This document shows positions 28,457 through 40,068 of a stretch of DNA of 64,000 nucleotides, in pieces. This DNA comes from Eledone cirrhosa (taxonomy: Eukaryota): the NCBI GenBank assembly GCA_964016885.1, contig OZ024746.1:73098001-73162000 (forward strand), in the 5' to 3' direction. The translations under genes were made by a program, and so were the position numbers. The notes under the pieces were generated by a model, which ran no database searches, was not told the origin of the DNA, and saw nothing but the letters and a program-made list of their open reading frames with translations. How positions within the stretch are numbered: position 1 is the stretch's first letter; each line of letters begins with the position of its first letter.

Positions 28457-29947
28457 GATAGGCAATGGTAGATTTAACAATCTTATTCTTCCGTTTCTGT
28501 GGCAAAATCAACAAAGGGGAGATGTATAGCGTGCTGGCTTTTCCGTACCATAATGAGTTCTGAAATAACCCTACGAATGTTATTCAAATATGCTGGTTAT
28601 TTTTGTTCCCAAGTTCGTTAAATAAACAACTTCTATCATCGTTAAAATATACTAGCCAGCTTTGAAGTTTCTGATCAACGTGTTTGAAATTTCGTTTATC
28701 AAAACTCCAGATAGATGAAATTAGTGATATATGATCTAGCAGATCAATTGACCGTGTAAAGCACACTGCTATAGTATATGGTGTTCTGATACGATTTAAT
28801 TGTGTCTATATGTTTGAGGGAAATTTAACATTTTAAGTATTTACATTTCATGATCCGTAAATGATCCGTAGATACTGTTTATATGGAACCTGTGATCATA
28901 CGAAATACACTATTTTGTGCTTATTATCGACAATGGAACTTTTTGTTGGCATAATGAAATTCTAAACAGAAAATCATGATAAATTTTGGATCTATTGTAT
29001 GACGTCAAAAATAAAGTCCCAACACCCCGAGTGTTCCTGGTGTGTTTATCTGAACTTTTGTCGAACATTTTGATTATTTTTAGTAAGAATGCTCAGCTGA
29101 TTTCCTCTAGATGCCCTCATTCTGAGAAGCTTTGTCAGTGTGTGCTGTGACAGTAACTTCAGCGACATCCGTCTATGATGCCTAGGGATGGCGGCCTTTT
29201 GCAATCAAGTGTGTATTCCTGGTTTTAAAGTATCTTAACTTTATTGATTTTTCTCAAGCGTAGAGAGCCTTCTAATTGATGTGCATCAAGGTTAGTTAAA
29301 AGATTCATGCTTCTATTATATAGAAGTTTTGAATGTGTAAGTGACTATTATTTAAATGTGGTGTAGTGTCGATGGAAAGTGTATGGCAACCATTTCCCGA
29401 GGAAAGTTAATTTTCACTAATTTATTGACATGTAAGGAATACCCAGAATACCCTATTATTCGAGAATGAGCTAACCACATATATCAATATGAGAAGTCGG
29501 CTATACCCGACAATTGGGGAAATCAACACGTTTTTAGACGCCAAATTATTGTCCGCATATTCCTTATGAATTTGTTTATAGTAGATATAAGTTTAGCTCT
29601 TCATTTAGAAAAACCTTTCATCTTACACGCAGCGAAAAGTTGAAAAAGATAAGACCAAATATTTTTCGTTTCAGCAGAATTTTACGGATCTTCTTCGAAG
29701 CAGGAAGTGAGCGTGGTAGAAGTCTCATGCAAGAGGAACATTTATGGCCATTGTAATCTTAATGCGAACGTTATAGGTTTATTTCTAATTTTTGGTTGAA
29801 GACTGGAGAACCTTGATACTTACAGAAGGCCCACCTCCATCTTTGGATATAGTTTATTTATTTAAGTTTTATTTGTTATGTTTGTAGTTTGAAATTTTAA
29901 GCGTAGGGAATATCAGAATTGGTAGAGTAATTAGTTACACTATGTAA

Positions 29948-30326
29948 TAGACCTGTCAACTCTCCCCGTCCGACGGGGAGATCTCCCACTCAGTTTGGGG
30001 TGGGTGAGAGATGTCTTCTCTTGTGTAAATGGGTAAAGCTTTCATTATGGTGGATTGGCAGTATCGGTAGAGGGTCGGACGCCATGCTTTCCAGCATAGT
30101 TACGTCCCTTTACGATCTGAGTTCAAATCCCGCCGAGGTTGACTTTGCCTTTCATCCTCACGGGGTCGATAAAATAAAGTACCAGTAATGAACTGGGTGA
30201 TTGCTGGCCTTGTGCCTAATGTAGAAACAATTATGTAAAATCTCCTTGTTTTGCCTCATTTCTCCTCGTTTTGGGGCACTTTTTTCATGGTACTCCCCGT
30301 TTGGGTTTTTAGAGGTTGGCGGGGTA
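29948..30326. mobile_element. possible non-autonomous DNA transposon interrupted by a SINE
   Basis: Imperfect terminal inverted repeats ACCTGTCAACTCTC / GAGGTTGGCGGGGT. Confidence 0.35.
30048..30234 (+). mobile_element. SINE family 1
   Basis: Full match to the 3812 element. Confidence 0.85.
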
Positions 30327-30473
30327 TTTAATGTTATGAGTTTAATGTTATGAGTTTAACTAATCCCTGTTATAGTTGTATGGCCAAGGCGTTCGTCTCG
30401 CAATCGTCTCTAGCTCCGAGTTTGACTGCACTGCGCATACCTTCTATAATTGACCACGCACATAGCCATATAC

Positions 30474-30515
<42 letters not shown>

Positions 30516-30571
30516 TGTTTGGCGTAGGACAGAACAAAGGAGAGGCACAAAAACAAAGAACAGAATCCCTA

Positions 30572-30614
30572 GTCACTGAAGAGGTCACAAAATGTGTGAC
30601 GAAAGAACTTTGAC
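30572..30614 (+). ncRNA. type I hammerhead, same type as 7051-7100
   Basis: GTCA-CTGAAGA-G-GTCAC-AAAATGT-GTGAC-GAAAGAACTT-TGAC. Confidence 0.7.
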
Positions 30615-31310
30615 AATATATGAACAATCGTCTGGTTGTGGAACCAACCAACCAACCGGAAATTTATAAATCCCTAAATTTATAAATTTAATTTATAATA
30701 AATGGAGGTGAAAGCAGCTGGTGCGTGTGTTTCTTATTGGCAACATGACCCTCCCAAAGTATAACAATATCGGTTTCAACACACGTTTTAAGATAAAGAA
30801 TCTTGCTAAACAAATTCAGAAACGAAATATATATATATATATATATATATATAAGCTTTACCGGACCAAGTTAGAAAAATATTTCCTGGAAGCCAAGTGA
30901 AATATTTATAAATACAACAAAACCATCCGATGAACCCCGAAAACGTGGCATCGAGCCAAAATGAACCTTGTTGATACCTAGTCTTGATATATCCGATTGT
31001 CTCGGCATTACCTTTTTACACCTAGCATTGTTTTCTTCATTTCTTTCTCCATTACTATACATATGTGTGTGTTTGTGGCCTGTATGCGTCTATGTATATG
31101 TGTGTATGTGTGTGTGTGTTTGGCTGCATGTGTTGTGTGTATATATGTCTGTATGTGTATGGGGAGGGGGTGGGGTACAGGCGTGTATGTATGTCTGTGT
31201 GTGGGTTTGGGGGGGGGTTACAGGCGTGTATGTATGTGTGTATGTGTATGGGGAGTTGCAGGCGTGTATGTATGTGTGTGTGTGTATGGGGTGTTGCAGG
31301 CGTGTATGTA

Positions 31311-31360
<50 letters not shown>

Positions 31361-32001
31361 TGTGTATGTGTGTGTGTGTGTGTTGTGTACGCGCCTGCAT
31401 GGGTGTATGTATGTTTCTGTGTGTGTATGTGTGTGTGTGTGGGGGGGGGGGGGTTTACAGGCGTTTTAGGCATTTCTGTGTGTGGAAAAGGTTGAAGGCA
31501 TGTATGTATGTGTATGGTGTGTGTGTGTATGTGTGTGTGTGTATGTATGTATGTCTGTGTGTGAAGAGGAGGTTGAGGGTGTGTATATATGTGTGTGACA
31601 TAGTGGTTGCAGGCATATATCTGTGTATATGTGTATGTGCTTGCATGTCTGTTGTGTGTGTAGGTGTAAGCGTGTGGGTGTATATGTGTGTTGGGGGTGG
31701 TGGGGGGTTACAGTGGTGTATGTATGTGTGTGATATATATGTGTGTCGTTTGCTTCTTTGTTTCTGTTTACATTTTGCTTATACACACACACCACGCACA
31801 CACACGACGCACACACACACACACACATATATGTATGAAAGCGCGTTGCATGTCTGTGTGGGTGGGTGTGTGGGTGTATGTGTGTGTTTGGAGGGGGGAG
31901 TTTACATGCGTGTATGTATGTGTGTGATATATATATGTGTTGTTTGCTTCTTTGTTTCTGTTTATATTTTGCTTATACACACACACACCACGCACACACA
32001 C

Positions 32002-32048
<47 letters not shown>

Positions 32049-32055
32049 GTATGAA

Positions 32056-32313
32056 AGCGCGTGGCTTTGTGGTTAGGGTATTCGGCTGACGATCGTGAGG
32101 TCGTGAGTTCCAATCCTGGCACTCCTGTTGTGTCCTTGAGCAAGTCACTTTATTTCTCATTGCTCCAGTCAACTCAGCTGGTAAAAAGGATTTGTATCTG
32201 TAATTTGAAGGACTGGCCTCGTGACATTCTGTGTCACGCTGAATCTCCCCGAGAACTACGTTAAGGGAACGCTTTTTGTGGAATGCTCAGCCACTTGCAC
32301 ATTAATTTCACGA
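32056..32313 (+). mobile_element. SINE family 2
   Basis: Matches the 4319 copy, including GTGTCCTTGAGCAAGTCACTT. Confidence 0.8.
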
Positions 32314-32318
32314 GAAAA

Positions 32319-32376
<58 letters not shown>

Positions 32377-32381
<5 letters not shown>

Positions 32382-32549
32382 AACAAGTAGGACCCCGACG
32401 GCTGAGCTCAAGCCGTTTCGACGGCAGTCCAGAATTAGCCGTCGAAACGGCTTGAGCTCAGCCGTCGGGGTCCTACTCGTTCCTATTACCCACTCTACTA
32501 CCCTAAGTATTGAGTACTTTGGTGCGTTATGGTCCACCTATTTCCTTCG

Positions 32550-32551
<2 letters not shown>
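32377..32551. mobile_element. fold-back PLE end, family A'
   Basis: Short inverted arm 32377-32424, then full arm and tail; (TA)n on both sides. Confidence 0.75.
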
Positions 32552-32627
<76 letters not shown>

Positions 32628-32699
32628 AGGAGTGTAACGCGAAGTTAACGTAGGTTCACCCAGGTGAACACTCGATGTTTAGGTTCATATCAGTATCGA

Positions 32700-32768
32700 G
32701 GTCCAACGAGCTTTCGATACCAGAGTCAGGCCAGATCGATACAGATCAGTAGTGAAACACGCGTCACC
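32700..32768 (+). ncRNA. family G hammerhead, decayed copy
   Basis: GGT-CCAACGA-GCT...AGT-GAAAC-ACGC-GTC-ACC; core and stem II changes fit CpG decay. Confidence 0.55.
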
Positions 32769-32818
32769 AACCAATAAACGTAATGGAGTAACCATTCGTC
32801 CTTGTATTATTATATAAA

Positions 32819-33011
32819 GGGTGGTGGATTGGCAGTATCGGTAGAGGGTCGGACGCCATGCTTTGCAGCAAAGAGTTACAGCCACTTTATGGTCTGAGTT
32901 CAAATCCCGCCGAGATTAAGTTTGCCTTTCATCCTTACGGGGTCGATAAAATAAAGTACCAGTAACGTAATGGGGTAATTGCTGGCCTTGTGCCAAAAGT
33001 AGAGATAATTA
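32819..33011 (+). mobile_element. SINE family 1
   Basis: Full match to the 3812 element. Confidence 0.85.
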
Positions 33012-33022
33012 TAATATCTATA

Positions 33023-33214
33023 TAAGAAAGAAAGTGTGGTAAAGAACCAGGTGGACCATAATGCACCAGAGTACTCGATACTTAGGGTAGTAGAGTGGGT
33101 AATAGGAAAAGAGTCAGGACTCCAACGGCTGAGCTCCGGCCGTTCCGACAGCTAGATCCAAACAGATGGATCTAGCTGTCGAAACGGCCGGAGACCAGCC
33201 GTCGGGTCCTGACT

Positions 33215-33218
<4 letters not shown>
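33023..33218. mobile_element. fold-back PLE end, family A''
   Basis: Tail, then arms centred near 33163. Confidence 0.75.
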
Positions 33219-33267
<49 letters not shown>

Positions 33268-33552
33268 TGAATATAAAAGAAAGATAAATACAGATATATA
33301 CATATATGTGTTCAAATCGTAAGGGACTAGATTCGGTTTGTATTTATTTTCTTGATTTATTCTTAAATTGAGTCTGGCAAACCCTAGTGTCCATAGTTAG
33401 TATTGTTTTCACCTTAGCGAATCCAGTCCCTTATGATTTGAACACATGTCCTTGTTTATCTTTCTTTTATATAGTATACAGCTCGGAAAAATCTCTTTCC
33501 TAGAGCTATTTTATTGTAAGAGGCTATTTTAAGCTTCTAACTCAAAATATAC

Positions 33553-33584
<32 letters not shown>

Positions 33585-33588
<4 letters not shown>

Positions 33589-34391
33589 AATAATGATGGC
33601 TGCGCGTTGCAAATGGTGGTGCATATGAAAAAGTAAGTCCTTCATCAGTGACCCTCCAACCGACCCAGGCATTTCATCGCTTTAAGGGCCATATACCTCA
33701 GGTTGGTGCGAACAACGGCTAAAAAAAGTCGTTGGGACACGTAAATAAAGGGGACGTTAGGGTAACAAACAAAATGGTTTAAGCAACGGAAAGTGAGAAG
33801 AAATAGACAAGTCCCAGATCTCTATGAATATAAACTCGGTGAAATCGTGAACAAGAGACAAAAGACCATCAAACCTGGTTGAAATGTGAGCAAGGAAGGA
33901 ATTTCGCACAAGTCTAACAGGGGGAAGAAGAAGAAGAAGAAGAAGAAGAAGAAGAAGAAGAAGAAGAAGAAGAAGGGGTCTGGTCTACGAATTCGGTAAA
34001 CATAAGTTTTGTGAAGTCGCAGACGAAAGAGAGAGAGAGAAAAAAATTTCATACCGACTTGACCAAGAACGTGCGAGAAAAGAATTACACACAGGTCAAA
34101 CTTGAAGGAAGAGGAGGAAAGAGGAGGAGGAGAGGTAGTGACAGAGAATGAGTGAGTGAAAGTTGAGGAGGAGGCGAACAGAGAGAGAGACTGCTAGAAA
34201 GGGTAAAAGGTACAAAGAACGAAACAGACGGATAGCAGCAGAAGAAAAATTGTGTAAATATGATAATAATGATGGCTGCGCGTTGCAAATGGTGGTGCAT
34301 ATGAAAAAGTAAGTCCTTCATCAGTGACCCTCCAACCGTCCCAGGCATTTCATCGCTTTAAGGGCCATATACCTCAGGTTGGTGCGAACAA
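33585..34391. mobile_element. non-coding element with 131-bp direct terminal repeats in (TA)n
   Basis: 33585-33715 and 34261-34391 differ at one base by eye; (TA)n flanks both ends. Confidence 0.7.
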
Positions 34392-34423
34392 TATATATAT
34401 ATATCAAAGGTATATCTTGAGTT

Positions 34424-34535
<112 letters not shown>

Positions 34536-34777
34536 TTTTCTTTAGTAACCACAAGGGTTCACATAAAGTAGACATTAAGGACAGTACAGGACAATACAGG
34601 ACGGTACAAATGGGCATTTCTGCGTGTAAAAAAACAGAGGTTGAAATAAAATAACAAAGAAAAATTCCCCAATAGGGGGGAGACTTCCAAGGGACATTTG
34701 TGGAGAAAGCCCATTAAAAGACCACAGTGGCCCTGACCACCAGGGCAAGTGCCCTCTCCCAGTTTTCCACCTTTAAT

Positions 34778-37700
34778 TTACAGACACATACTCAGAGAAG
34801 GCCCATTCATTCGGGCCATATTTGCTTCTCTCACCCATCTTTCAACAAAATGCTGGGAAGAGAGCACTTCCCTCTCTACCCTGATTTTCCTTTTCAAATG
34901 AAATTTGAAAAAGTTAATCAGGGCATCACCGAAGAGGTAAGTGCTCGTCTTCAGCCCTTTCAAACGTGTCCACCATACTATCTCTTTCGCCATGGCCACC
35001 AGACAGATAAAAACTGCCTGCCCTTCCCGGCTAAAGGAAGGGGGCGGGGCAATCCTCACGATGGACTCAGCTGATAGCTGGATCCGTCCTACACGTGACA
35101 GCAGGTGTTCGACATAAACCCACAAGTCAGCAATGCTCGGACACTGGACGAGTGCGTGCAGGACGGTTTCGTCGCCCCGCGCGCAACTCGGACATGCCCG
35201 GATGACGGCACCTCCATGCCTGTAGAGTTTATCCCGAACTGGCAAGGCTCCTCGGTAGCACTGCCAGGCCAGGGATTTCTGGAAGTTGTCCATAGGCCCC
35301 GGCCCGAAAGTCCTTCCGAAGAGATTGGCTAGTTGATTTTCGTCGACGCCTAGAGTTTCTCCAAGTACGTCGTCGCTCTTCCCCTCCACTAATCCCCTAT
35401 GGAGTTTCCACCGATCACATTGCCCGATTGGTCGAGGGCTGTGAGCGCCTGAAGACATTCCAGTCTCCAAGCGCTCCCTCTCGGTCTTCGCTTGACCCAG
35501 GACTGCAGCTCCGTCAAGGAGACGAGCTGGGGAAAAACGTGTCTTGCAAACGGCGACCACACCTGATCACCGTCGAGGAAGAGGTGGAGATGTCGTAGCC
35601 TGAGCGCGTGTCTGCGCATCATCAGCCACGGCATGCCCAGCCCTCCACGTAGCGGGTGTTGACAGCAGATGGACCGCCTGACCATCGGAGCGCGTCCCTT
35701 CCACAAGAAGCGAAAGAGCAAACGCTCCAGCGCAGTCAGGCGGGGCTTAGGACAAGGTACGACGGTCAGGCGGTAGTAGATGACGGATGCGATGTACGCA
35801 TTCGCCACCTCCGCTCGACCTTTCAGGGATAGCTTCCTCTCGGCCCATTTCTGGGTGAGAGAAGCCACCCTGCTCGTCACCTCGTCCCAGTTTTTGTCCG
35901 TCTGGAGGTCTGGACCGAACCAGACCCCTAGCAATTTAACCGGTCCGTCCGTCCAGCGCCCGACGACGCTGTTGGACGGCATGGACCTGCCTCTCCAGGT
36001 GCCGAGCTGCAGGCCCACTGACTTTTCCTGGTTGATCATTGCTCCTGTCACCGCTTCGTATTCTCTTAGTGTAGTGCCGATCGCCTCGATGTGTTTGGCG
36101 TTCGACACCACTACGGTGACATCGTCGGCATATGCTGACACGGATCTTCCGCATCCTAGTTCGCGCGGGACCCCCCTCAACGTCTCCAGTTTGTGCAGTA
36201 ATGGCTCGAGAGTCAATACGTACAATAGGGACGAGAGGGGACATCCTTGGCGGACCGAGCGCATGATGTTGAACGGTTCCGAAAGGTGACCGTTCACTCT
36301 CACTACAGAGCAGATGTCGCTGTGCATGGCAGAGATCCAGCCTCTGAAGACGGGCCCAAAGCCAGCCGCCCTCAGGACTGCCGTTAGGTAACGATGGTCG
36401 ACCCTATCGAAGGCTTTCGACTGATCTAAATTGATCAAAGACCCACCCGTGCCAGGTTCCCTAGCTACCCTCTCTACGATGTATCGCATGAGGTGGAGGT
36501 TGTCGTGGATGGATCTGTCGGGAATGGCGCATGTCTGTGCCTCTCCCACCAGACCACCAACGACAAGCGCCAACCTCTTTGCTAGCACCTTGGCCAAAAT
36601 CTTGAACTCTGTGTTTAGCAGAGTTATGGGCCTAAAATTATCTATGTTATCCCCCTTGTTCGGATCCTTTCTCAGCAGCGCCACCGCTCCTCGGCTCACA
36701 GAGCTGGGAATTCTCCCGTTCTGTTGCCAGTTACAGTAGACGTTCGCCAAGAGGCCTCCGAACAAGTTTGGCATTTGTACGTAAAGTTCATAGGGCAGAC
36801 CATCCAAACCAGGCGATTTACCCCTTGTGCAACTAGTCATTGCATCCCGTACTTCAGCGGTTGTTATCGGCTTTTCGCAACACTCCACCTCAGTGGCCGA
36901 AAGCCGCGGCAGTCCGTCGAGGTAGACACTAAAGTCCATCCCTCGATCCGGCCCGCCACTGCCCCCGAACAGTTGAGCGAAGTGTCGCTGAAAAGCTTCA
37001 CACATTTGCCCGGGATCGAGTAGCATGCGCCCGTCGTGGTCCACCAAAGACCGGATCGTGGCTTTGTTGCCACGACGCGCCTCCGCCACTCGGGCCCATT
37101 GAACGGCTTTCGTCCCCTCGTGTCTGAGAGCACGCACCCTAGCTCTGACAACGCAGCCTTCGTGCTTTGCATTGAAGAAATGGTCAAGGGCCAATTTCGC
37201 CGCAAGTACGTCGGTCGCGATGCCTTTGCTAAGCGCCTCATCTAATTTTCTAACTAATTCTCCCTCTGCTCTATTTTTCTCTATTGCTAAAGTCTTACTA
37301 AACCTAATGGACTCTATTCTAATTGCTCTTTTCAGAGCAAACCACCACTTGTTGTTGACGATGGCCCCCGTCAACGCCCGCTTAACTAGTTCGCTAATCC
37401 GGTCTCTGTAGGCCTTGCGCGCTGGTAAGGACGCGTTTAGCTTCCAGTAGCCGGGTCCTCGTCTATGAAGCCTATCTAAGTCAAGCACACAGATCACGAA
37501 TTTGTGGTCCGTGTAGCTGACTATCTTGAATTGTGGACAGCCTATGCTAGACCTATCTATTTCCCTACAAAATACTCTATCTAGATATGATCTGGATGAC
37601 CCTATGCCATTTGTCCAAGTCCACATTGGTACATTCGGGAAATCCATTCGGTACCTGTCAGACAGTTCAAAACGTCTGAGCAGGTTGGTGAGACTCTTGC

Positions 37701-38184
37701 ACCCTCCTTCCCTATCCACTAATCCCACACAATCCCAGCGTGCATCTAAGATCCCGTTCCAGTCGCCCACTAACACTAAAGAGCGGGACGTTCCAAGAAA
37801 GGTCTCCAGACGCCGGAAGAAATCAGGCCGCCCTGCTCCTGTCGGGGCATAGACGGCCACTAACCTGAAAGCTTGCCCGTCTCCGCTGGTCACGTCCAGC
37901 ACCACCAACTTACCTTCTGGGTCTAGGAAGATGGCCCGTATGGCAAGATCCAAGCCTCTCCGAAAAAGCACAGCAACTCCTCCCCCCGATCCCGGACGGC
38001 TGGGAGATGCGTACACATCGTAGCCGCCGAAGATCGGTGCGAAAGCCTGTGCTTCGGAGATTCTGGTCTCGCTGATGGCCACTACATCTATGTTTAGTGA
38101 CCTGAGGTCGTTGAGCAGGTGGCCTTGCTTCCATGACGACCCCAAGCCACGCGCATTTATGCTGCCTATTCTGAGTGAGGTCAT
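34778..38184 (-). pseudogene. Tx1 ORF2 (APE-RT-CCHC), frameshifted
   Basis: Near identical to 48979-52398 but lacks 13 bp (AGAACGCCGAGGT) near 35400. Confidence 0.9.
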
Positions 38185-38218
38185 GTTGAAAAGGAGTGGA
38201 AAAGATGGGAAAGACCAC

Positions 38219-39823
38219 TTACCTTACTTCTCGTAGGGGAAGGACGGCTTTTCCATCCTTTTCACTGCTTGTGGCCTCCTCAGGAAGGATGTCCTTATAA
38301 ATCCTCCTGGAGAGTGTTTGTCGGAAGTCTCCGATGTCTTTGGGGAATTTTTGTTTTAGTGTCATGTACATTTTCTGTGTGATGCGAGTGATTTGTATGT
38401 GTGGAGGTGGTGTGAATTTTGGGGTTGTTGTGTAGTCTTTTTCTGTGATGCTGGTGTTGTGTTGGATGTAGTGTAATAATTGCTTGTTGTTCAAATTTAA
38501 TGCTGTGTAGTGTGTATCGTTTTGGTTGTTTTGTTTTGTTTGCTTTTGTTGTGGGTTTGTTTCTATTTCGCATTTTGGTGACATTTGTGGTGTAGGTGAT
38601 GGTGGTGTTGGAGTTAATGATGGTGATGGTGTTGGTGTTTGGGTTGATGGGGTTGGTGATGCTGGTGTGGATGGTGGCATATCTGTCCTAACTTTTTTGT
38701 TTCTTAGTTTATTTGTTTCCCTCTGTATTTTGTTTTTGGAGGGGGAAGGAAGAGAATTTTTTCTTTTTTGGTTTCTTTTTTTTTTTTCCAGATATCGTTT
38801 CCCACTCCTCGTCGTCACAATCTGTCTCCAGTTGTGATAGGCCGGGGAGTGGAAAATCCTCCACAGCCGTTAGTTTTGGTTGTGGTGTGGTGGATGGTGT
38901 AGGCGCTGGTGCTAGTTCTGAACGTTGGGTGGTGGTGGTGTTGGTTTTGCTGGTGGTGGTAGTGGTGTTGGTTTTGCTACTGTTGCTGGGGTTGTTGCTG
39001 TTATAGTTGCTTCTGTTGTTGCTGCTACAGTTGTTGCTGCCATCTCTGCTACTGGTGGTGTTGATGGTTGTGTCACTGGGGTGGGTAGGAGAGGTGGCCT
39101 CAACCTTTTAGCCTGAGGGCAGAAAGCCCTTAGGTGGGTTCCTTCACCACAAACGACACACCTAGGTCTTCTGCCCTCGACAATTACCGTGAGGTGGCTG
39201 CCGTCGTTGAGGTCTATTACCTCTGGGATCTCCTCAATGCTTTTTTGGTCCGCTTGGATTAGGAGCTCCATCCCAGATGGAGCTCCTAATCCAAGCGGAC
39301 CATCTTTCTTTACCATTTGTTTGGCATTTTCTAAATCTTCTTGAGTTACCGTGAACGCTTCGAATTGTTTTGCTACGATGGCGAAACTGAGGGTCGGTTT
39401 TATAATGTCATTGTTGTTGTTGTTGCTATCGTTAATATTAATTTTATTTTCAGTTGTGGTGGTGGTGACGTCAGTCGTCTTTGGTGGGGAAGAGTCCATT
39501 TTGCTTGATTTCATTTCGACGTCACGAGTTAATTTATTTTTTTCTTCTTTTGTTTCTGTTGTCGCGGTGGTGGTGGTGGTGGTTGTCGCGGTGGTGGTGG
39601 TGGTTGTCGCGGTGGTGGTGGTGGTGGTGGAGGGTTTAACACCTGCAGGCATTGGTAATGGCGGGAAATGAATGTCTGCCTGAGACAAATTTAAAATATT
39701 GCTACTGCTTATATTTTTTTTTGTGTTGGCAAACGTAGTAACATTTACAATGGTGGTGTCGGTGTGAGGTGTTATTTTGTGAGGAAGGCTTTCAGTTGCT
39801 TCGTGCAGAGGGGAATTAGCCAT
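38219..39823 (-). pseudogene. Tx1 ORF1 (zinc knuckle), internally deleted and frameshifted
   Basis: CVVCGEGTHLRAFC knuckle; split into ORFs 38912-39823 and 38219-38818; lacks the central domain seen in copy 2. Confidence 0.8.
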
Positions 39824-40032
39824 TTTTTTTCAAAGAAAATTTTGGATAATAATAAAAGTTAAAATTTTGGGCACAAGGCCCCAATCTTTTTGGGTGTCCT
39901 TTTCGGAAAACAATGTATGTGTGCTTATAAACAGTTTACAATAAAATTTTCCATAAATGGCAATTTTTAAACAAACGGAAATAACAAACCTTTGCGGAGC
40001 TCACGATAATACGATTTCCTACGTAGGTCGCC

Positions 40033-40067
<35 letters not shown>

Positions 40068-40068
<1 letters not shown>

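Noticed and set aside
28460-29800. Old PLE RT or Dong remnant on the minus strand
   Set aside because: Only weak fragments (LGTKI, QKAAI); needs a translated search.
33585-33715. SECIS element or complete hammerhead in the direct repeat
   Set aside because: ATGA-AAA-GA spacing does not fit, and CTGATGA has no matching stem II and GAAA.
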